From positions 2,159-66,158 of the forward strand of contig CAIJYZ010000093.1 in NCBI GenBank assembly GCA_903825015.1: a stretch of 64,000 nucleotides of DNA. The letters run 5' to 3'. Each line of letters begins with the position of its first letter. Position 1 is the first letter of the stretch. The translations under genes and the position numbers were made by a program. Below the pieces are notes generated by a model. It searched no databases. It was not told the origin of the DNA and saw only the letters and a program-made list of their open reading frames with translations. Origin of the DNA: an uncultured Actinomycetes bacterium (GTDB taxonomy: Bacteria; Actinomycetota; Actinomycetes; Nanopelagicales; Nanopelagicaceae). Positions 59,546-64,000 of this stretch are shown here, piece by piece.

Positions 59546-59725
59546 TTACTTCTTAACTAATGCGACCGCGGCATGAAGAGCGGCGCTGAGATTGTTAGCT
59601 TCTTCAGAGTTAAGTTCGACCACGAGTCGACCGCCACCTTCAAGAGGGATGCGCATCACCAATGAGCGAGCTTCCTTTGTGACCTCCATTGGACCATCAC
59701 CGGTTCGAGGTTTCATGGCTGCCAT
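59546..59725 (-). CDS. DUF3117 family protein (59 aa, below the ORF-track cutoff)
   Basis: MAAMKPRTGDGPMEVTKEARSLVMRIPLEGGGRLVVEL; SD AAGGAG. Confidence 0.92.
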   Translation of the reverse strand: MAAMKPRTGDGPMEVTKEARSLVMRIPLEGGGRLVVELNSEEANNLSAALHAAVALVKK

Positions 59726-59811
59726 GTGGAGACTCCTTTAAAGATGGATGAGGAAAGTTCAAGAGGAGAAGTATCTCGCATTTAGCGCGCTAGAGTGAAA
59801 TCGCCTTTGGC

Positions 59812-60003
59812 TTACAGGCCTAAAATCGCACTTAATCGCGCCTTGCCACTGGAAATAACTCCCTCAACTGAGCGCTTGGGCACTTTGAGCATCAATGCAA
59901 TCTCTTCGGCAGACATGGACTTTAAATAATGCAAGGTCAAGATGACCCGCTCCTCATCTGGCAACGATTCCAGCACCTGTGCCAATGTGGTGGGTTCGCT
60001 CAT
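59812..60003 (-). CDS. Stand-alone sigma-70 region 4 (HTH) miniprotein
   Basis: LESLPDEERVILTLHY..MSAEEIA.ML.VP..SV..GKARL; leaderless TAACCT-7-ATG. Confidence 0.75.
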   Translation of the reverse strand: MSEPTTLAQVLESLPDEERVILTLHYLKSMSAEEIALMLKVPKRSVEGVISSGKARLSAILGL

Positions 60004-60050
60004 AGTCCTAAGGTTACTGGCATCGCTACCCCTAACCCTTTAGGGCGCTT

Positions 60051-60476
60051 TTAGTGGAATGTTCGTGAAAATCGAGCCAATGAGATGCGTACACCGCTAA
60101 AAAGCGCCGGCCATATGAGAAAAAATATTGCTCGAGGGGCTATTACTTCTTCAGACCAGTCGAAAGCTGTTCTTGTTGCATCAATTTCGCGTAAATGAAA
60201 TCGACCAGTTCCTTTGATGATTCTTCCTGTGTGGACAACATCGCATGTGTGTGGAGGCTGCCATGTTGTGACTGACATCGTGTCAAGTATTCCCAATCTG
60301 CCTATGCCGGTAAAAGCGCTTATTTCCGTACCGACACCTTCGGTGATTTGCGAAGTTACCAATACTTTAGTTTGCAACATCCAATCGCCTTGTTTTTCCC
60401 AATCAGCAAGAGACTCCCAAACTTTTTGAATTGGGGCCTTAATAATTATTGTGATCGAAATGCTATTCGTTGTCAT
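60051..60476 (-). CDS. SRPBCC (START-like) family protein
   Basis: APIQKVW..DWEKQGDWM, WQPP, HTG..KGTG, WSEE. Confidence 0.82.
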   Translation of the reverse strand: MTTNSISITIIIKAPIQKVWESLADWEKQGDWMLQTKVLVTSQITEGVGTEISAFTGIGRLGILDTMSVTTWQPPHTCDVVHTGRIIKGTGRFHLREIDATRTAFDWSEEVIAPRAIFFLIWPALFSGVRISLARFSRTFH

Positions 60477-61006
60477 TGTCGGCACGCTTTGAGTGCATCA
60501 TCGACGTTAGTCGTCCACGAAATTAGATCGCGCATTCCGGGTTTAATAAAATTCTCACTCTCAAGGTGTTGGACCAATTCATGCAACGGATTGTAGATTC
60601 CGAATGGATCTAAAATAACTACGGGTTTGTTGTGGAACTTTAAATAACGTCCTACCCAAATTTCAAAAAACTCTTCTAACGTTCCGGCTCCGCCAGGTAA
60701 AGTTATAAATGCATCCGAGATATCCGTAATCATTGCTTTTCGTTCACCCATAGTTTCGACAACATGCAGTTCGTCATTATCGTGATCGGCAAATTCGATA
60801 TCTACCAAAGCCTGTGGGATGACGCCGATGGTGCGTCCGCCGCCGCCGCGAGCACCGCGCGAAACCGCACCCATCATTGAGATATGACCTCCTCCGCTTA
60901 CTAACTCCCAAGATTGGGAAGCAATAGCTGTGCCGAGTTCAAAGGCAAGATCAACATATTTTTGGTCAATGGTCGGTGATGATGAACAAAATACTCCAAT
61001 GCGCAT
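60473..61006 (-). CDS. LOG family nucleotide phosphoribohydrolase (TIGR00730)
   Basis: GVFCSS, ERK, LPGGAGTLEE. Confidence 0.92.
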   Translation of the reverse strand: MRIGVFCSSSPTIDQKYVDLAFELGTAIASQSWELVSGGGHISMMGAVSRGARGGGGRTIGVIPQALVDIEFADHDNDELHVVETMGERKAMITDISDAFITLPGGAGTLEEFFEIWVGRYLKFHNKPVVILDPFGIYNPLHELVQHLESENFIKPGMRDLISWTTNVDDALKACRQ

Positions 61007-61037
61007 GCGGGTAAGGATAGGGGGTTAGGCTTAGGTC

Positions 61038-61955
61038 ATGACGACTCTCGCATCTGGCCATGGCATTGCAACCGTAGCTGCCGGCAAAGTTCTCGATGTT
61101 TGGTACCCATCACCAGCACTTGGAGGCCTGACATCTGTTGTGCCAAGTGAACTCACCGCACTTGTTGGAAGTGATGAGATTCGTGGTGTTACTCGTGAAA
61201 TCGTAAGTTTGGAAATCGATATTTCAACTGCACCAAAAGATGCTCCAGATGCCTACCTGCGTTTGCACCTGCTATCACATCGTTTAGTTAAACCACACGG
61301 GGTGGTACTTGACTCAATATTTGGCTTACTCAACAACGTTGTTTGGACATCAGTTGGACCATGCGCCGTTGAAAGTTTTGATTTAATACGCCCACGTCTT
61401 ATAGCCAAGTACGGCCACATCACAGTGTTTTCAGTAGATAAATTTCCGCGAATGGTTGATTACGTAGTTCCAAGTGGAGTTCGAATTGCTGACGCCGACC
61501 GCGTTCGCCTTGGTGCGCATTTAGCTGCAGGCACCACCGTCATGCATGAAGGATTTGTTAATTTCAATGCTGGGACGCTTGGAACTTCAATGGTCGAAGG
61601 ACGAATCTCTGCAGGAGTTGTTGTAGGTGATGGATCTGATATTGGTGGCGGTGCATCAATTATGGGAACCCTTAGCGGGGGCGGCAAAGAAGTGATTTCT
61701 ATCGGTGAAAAATCATTGCTCGGCGCTAATTCAGGTTGTGGAATTTCGCTGGGAAATAACTGCGTTATTGAAGCAGGAACGTATGTAACTGCAGCATCAA
61801 AAGTCCGCTTGCCTGACGGTGAAATTGTTAAGGCATCTGCGCTATCTGGTGGTAATGATTTACTATTTCGACGCAATTCACTTGACGGTGCACTCGAAGT
61901 AATAAATCGAACAGGAACTTGGGGCGGGCTTAACTCAGTTTTGCACGCTAACTAA
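61038..61955 (+). CDS. dapD: Tetrahydrodipicolinate N-succinyltransferase (actinobacterial type)
   Basis: [35 protein letters not shown]. Confidence 0.95.
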   Translation: MTTLASGHGIATVAAGKVLDVWYPSPALGGLTSVVPSELTALVGSDEIRGVTREIVSLEIDISTAPKDAPDAYLRLHLLSHRLVKPHGVVLDSIFGLLNNVVWTSVGPCAVESFDLIRPRLIAKYGHITVFSVDKFPRMVDYVVPSGVRIADADRVRLGAHLAAGTTVMHEGFVNFNAGTLGTSMVEGRISAGVVVGDGSDIGGGASIMGTLSGGGKEVISIGEKSLLGANSGCGISLGNNCVIEAGTYVTAASKVRLPDGEIVKASALSGGNDLLFRRNSLDGALEVINRTGTWGGLNSVLHAN

Positions 61956-63164
61956 AGTAAACCAGGCAGAGGGAATCTTCGTCCGACTGCGAAAAGTTTC
62001 ACCGCGCAAGATCGCTTGAGCACCCGTACTTGAGGTCGCCTGTATTTGAGCGACTGTCCCACTTTCATTCAGTGCCAAAATTTCTAGAGATACAACATCA
62101 AGTAAGAGAAATGCTGTAGCAACAACGCTTTGTGCTACGTCGCGATCCCAAGAAGCGAATCTGGGATTTAAAGTTAAATCCAAAGACCCAGGGTCATCAA
62201 CTGACTGCGTGTATGCCTTAGCCGTCCCCCACGCATTTTCTGAGACTTCAGTTTTGCCGCCTGAAGAGGAGAAGAAATATGCAGTAATTGGAAGTCCTGC
62301 TTGAGTAATAGTTAGGCCAGCAGTCCGCGTAACCGTTTCCTTCCAAATTACTCCATATTTCTTTTCTAACTCTTTGGCATATCCCAAAAATGTTTGATCA
62401 GAGATTTCACCATTTAAATCACAATCGCAGGTCGCTCGATAAATTCCAGCTTTGCTCATTGCATAAGTTCTGGAAGCTATAGCCTGAGCCTCAATTGCAG
62501 CTGTTGGCCAGTATGAAGGCATCTCACTTACGCCCCATAAATATTCATCGCCAAGACGCACGGAGTTGGTGAGCTCCAAACGATATCCCGCAGGGCTTTT
62601 AACGGCCTTAATTTGCATTTGCCCGTAACGATATTTCTTAGTCGAGCCGGAGTGATTGACCGATACGACAGTATCTGGACCATCTAAGTAACGGGTGCCA
62701 GACCAACGAATTGTAAAAACTCGATTTCTTGCAACTACTTGAGTTGATTTTCCTAATGTGACTTTAGGACTAACTGTCGAACCAATAATTGAAAAACTAA
62801 ATGAATTACCAGATGCCAAAGCCACTACATCGCTTTGATCGCCAACGTCACCTTGAAAAATCTGAATTAAACTATCTTTTGTTGTACTTGCAATCTTTGC
62901 CGTCGCCAGCAGATGTCCAATATTGACACGTAAAATTTTTGAATCATCTCTCGGTTCAATCACTACATCTTTGTAAAAATATTGCAAAATTTCATTAGCG
63001 CTTTTGCCTGATAATGCCATTGAACGTGCACCCATTTGGCTTAGCCCAACACCATGCCCATATCCAGAACCATGGAATGAAAAGGTGGATGGCGTATCGA
63101 CGGCTTGTGCGGAAGGAACGAATAGGCAGATTCCGAGTAGTGAAGCAAGAAAAGCTTTAGACAT
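61935..63164 (-). CDS. Secreted SpoIID/LytB-domain protein (putative lytic transglycosylase)
   Basis: [37 protein letters not shown]. Confidence 0.85.
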   Translation of the reverse strand: MSKAFLASLLGICLFVPSAQAVDTPSTFSFHGSGYGHGVGLSQMGARSMALSGKSANEILQYFYKDVVIEPRDDSKILRVNIGHLLATAKIASTTKDSLIQIFQGDVGDQSDVVALASGNSFSFSIIGSTVSPKVTLGKSTQVVARNRVFTIRWSGTRYLDGPDTVVSVNHSGSTKKYRYGQMQIKAVKSPAGYRLELTNSVRLGDEYLWGVSEMPSYWPTAAIEAQAIASRTYAMSKAGIYRATCDCDLNGEISDQTFLGYAKELEKKYGVIWKETVTRTAGLTITQAGLPITAYFFSSSGGKTEVSENAWGTAKAYTQSVDDPGSLDLTLNPRFASWDRDVAQSVVATAFLLLDVVSLEILALNESGTVAQIQATSSTGAQAILRGETFRSRTKIPSAWFTLVSVQN

Positions 63165-63960
63165 CCTCATCGATGGCAGCGCTCTTTCCGACCTGCAAGA
63201 ATTCGCGATATGCATTTATAACTATGTTGGGTTCACCGCGCATAATTAGCTTGCCTTTATGAATCCACGCAATATCGTTGCAAACATCAAGCAGTGTTGC
63301 CATAGCGTGGCTCACTAAAATCAATGCACGATCATCGCTGCGAAGTTCTTTAATTCGATTTAAAGATTTCTCTTTGAATTTCGCATCACCTGTGCTGAGC
63401 GCTTCATCCACAATTAAAATATCTGGACGGACAGTGGCTGCGACGGAAAACGCCAACCGTGCGTACATGCCGGAGGAATAAGTGCGCATAGGGGCATCAA
63501 TTGCCTCACCCAGCTCTGAAAATTGAGCTATTTCTTCAAAATGAGCATCGATTTCTTCTCGACTCATTCCTGCGGCTAAACCGCCCAAATAAACGTTGTC
63601 TCGCCCTGACATTGAAGGATTAAATCCAACACCTAGTGCCAACAAAGTACTTACGCTTCCAAAGACTTCTACTCGACCCTGCGTTGGGGGAACGATTCCT
63701 GCCATCACTCGCATAAGCGAAGATTTGCCAGCACCGTTAGTACCAATAATTCCTAAAACATGACCATATTCAACATCCAGGTTTACATGATCCAATGCGT
63801 GAATCACACGAGTTTGCTTTCCACCGCGACCAAAAGCTTTCAGACGTGCTTTTAAAGTTGGCCGACGATCGATTGCAGTTGTGTAGATAAGCCCAAGATC
63901 ACGTACTGAAACCGCGATTTCATTGGTCTTATGCGGATTAGAGACGGACGGCAAATTCAC
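63157..63960 (-). CDS. Polysaccharide/teichoic acid ABC exporter ATPase (Wzt/TagH-like)
   Basis: GTNGAGKS, TYSSGMYARLAF, VDEALSTGD. Confidence 0.9.
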   Translation of the reverse strand: MNLPSVSNPHKTNEIAVSVRDLGLIYTTAIDRRPTLKARLKAFGRGGKQTRVIHALDHVNLDVEYGHVLGIIGTNGAGKSSLMRVMAGIVPPTQGRVEVFGSVSTLLALGVGFNPSMSGRDNVYLGGLAAGMSREEIDAHFEEIAQFSELGEAIDAPMRTYSSGMYARLAFSVAATVRPDILIVDEALSTGDAKFKEKSLNRIKELRSDDRALILVSHAMATLLDVCNDIAWIHKGKLIMRGEPNIVINAYREFLQVGKSAAIDEDV

Positions 63961-64000
63961 GCTCCCTTGATAAGAAGAAGTATGTACCGATTAAGAAGAT
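63938..64000 (-). CDS. C-terminus of ABC-2 permease (Wzm/TagG-like), partial
   Basis: ..IFLIGTYFFLSREREFAVRL* overlapping the Wzt start. Confidence 0.65.
   Translation of the reverse strand: MFLIGTYFFLSREREFAVRL

Overview
Gene-dense (~65 CDS), moderate-GC actinobacterial chromosome segment with very short intergenic spaces. It is inferred to come from a streamlined freshwater acI/Ca. Nanopelagicales (Planktophila-like) genome. From ~24 kb onward it is mostly conserved actinobacterial core: msrAB, tRNA-Arg(CCG), whiB1/pdtaS, secA, comF, mtrAB, ahcY, manB/manC, whiB2, dapC/fdxA, cysS, mshB, moeB, a DEAD helicase, mrp/tatB/htrA, pepA, dapD and a Wzm/Wzt end. Several usual neighbours (lpqB, long hpf, sigE/rseA, dapE) are missing from their loci. 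The first ~24 kb is more accessory: a secreted pullulanase, an alpha-glucosidase, a LacI regulator, aquaglyceroporin-arsC, a Phi-1/EXORDIUM-like secreted protein and a two-component system. No mobile element, CRISPR array or rRNA was seen. The best candidate for an undescribed system is a translationally coupled 3-gene module at 4075-5833: a hidden 54-aa membrane peptide, a b6-type 4-helix cytochrome b, and a subunit-IV-like protein with a large extracytoplasmic insertion, with no Rieske or cytochrome c gene. Next is a PHO-box-like repeat in canonical activator position upstream of an ArsR-less arsenic detox pair. Other candidates are pervasive leaderless promoters, a leaderless uORF before the DEAD helicase, a stand-alone sigma region-4 miniprotein and a possible pseudoknot in the ahcY leader. 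All family assignments come from motif recognition by eye; no searches were run.
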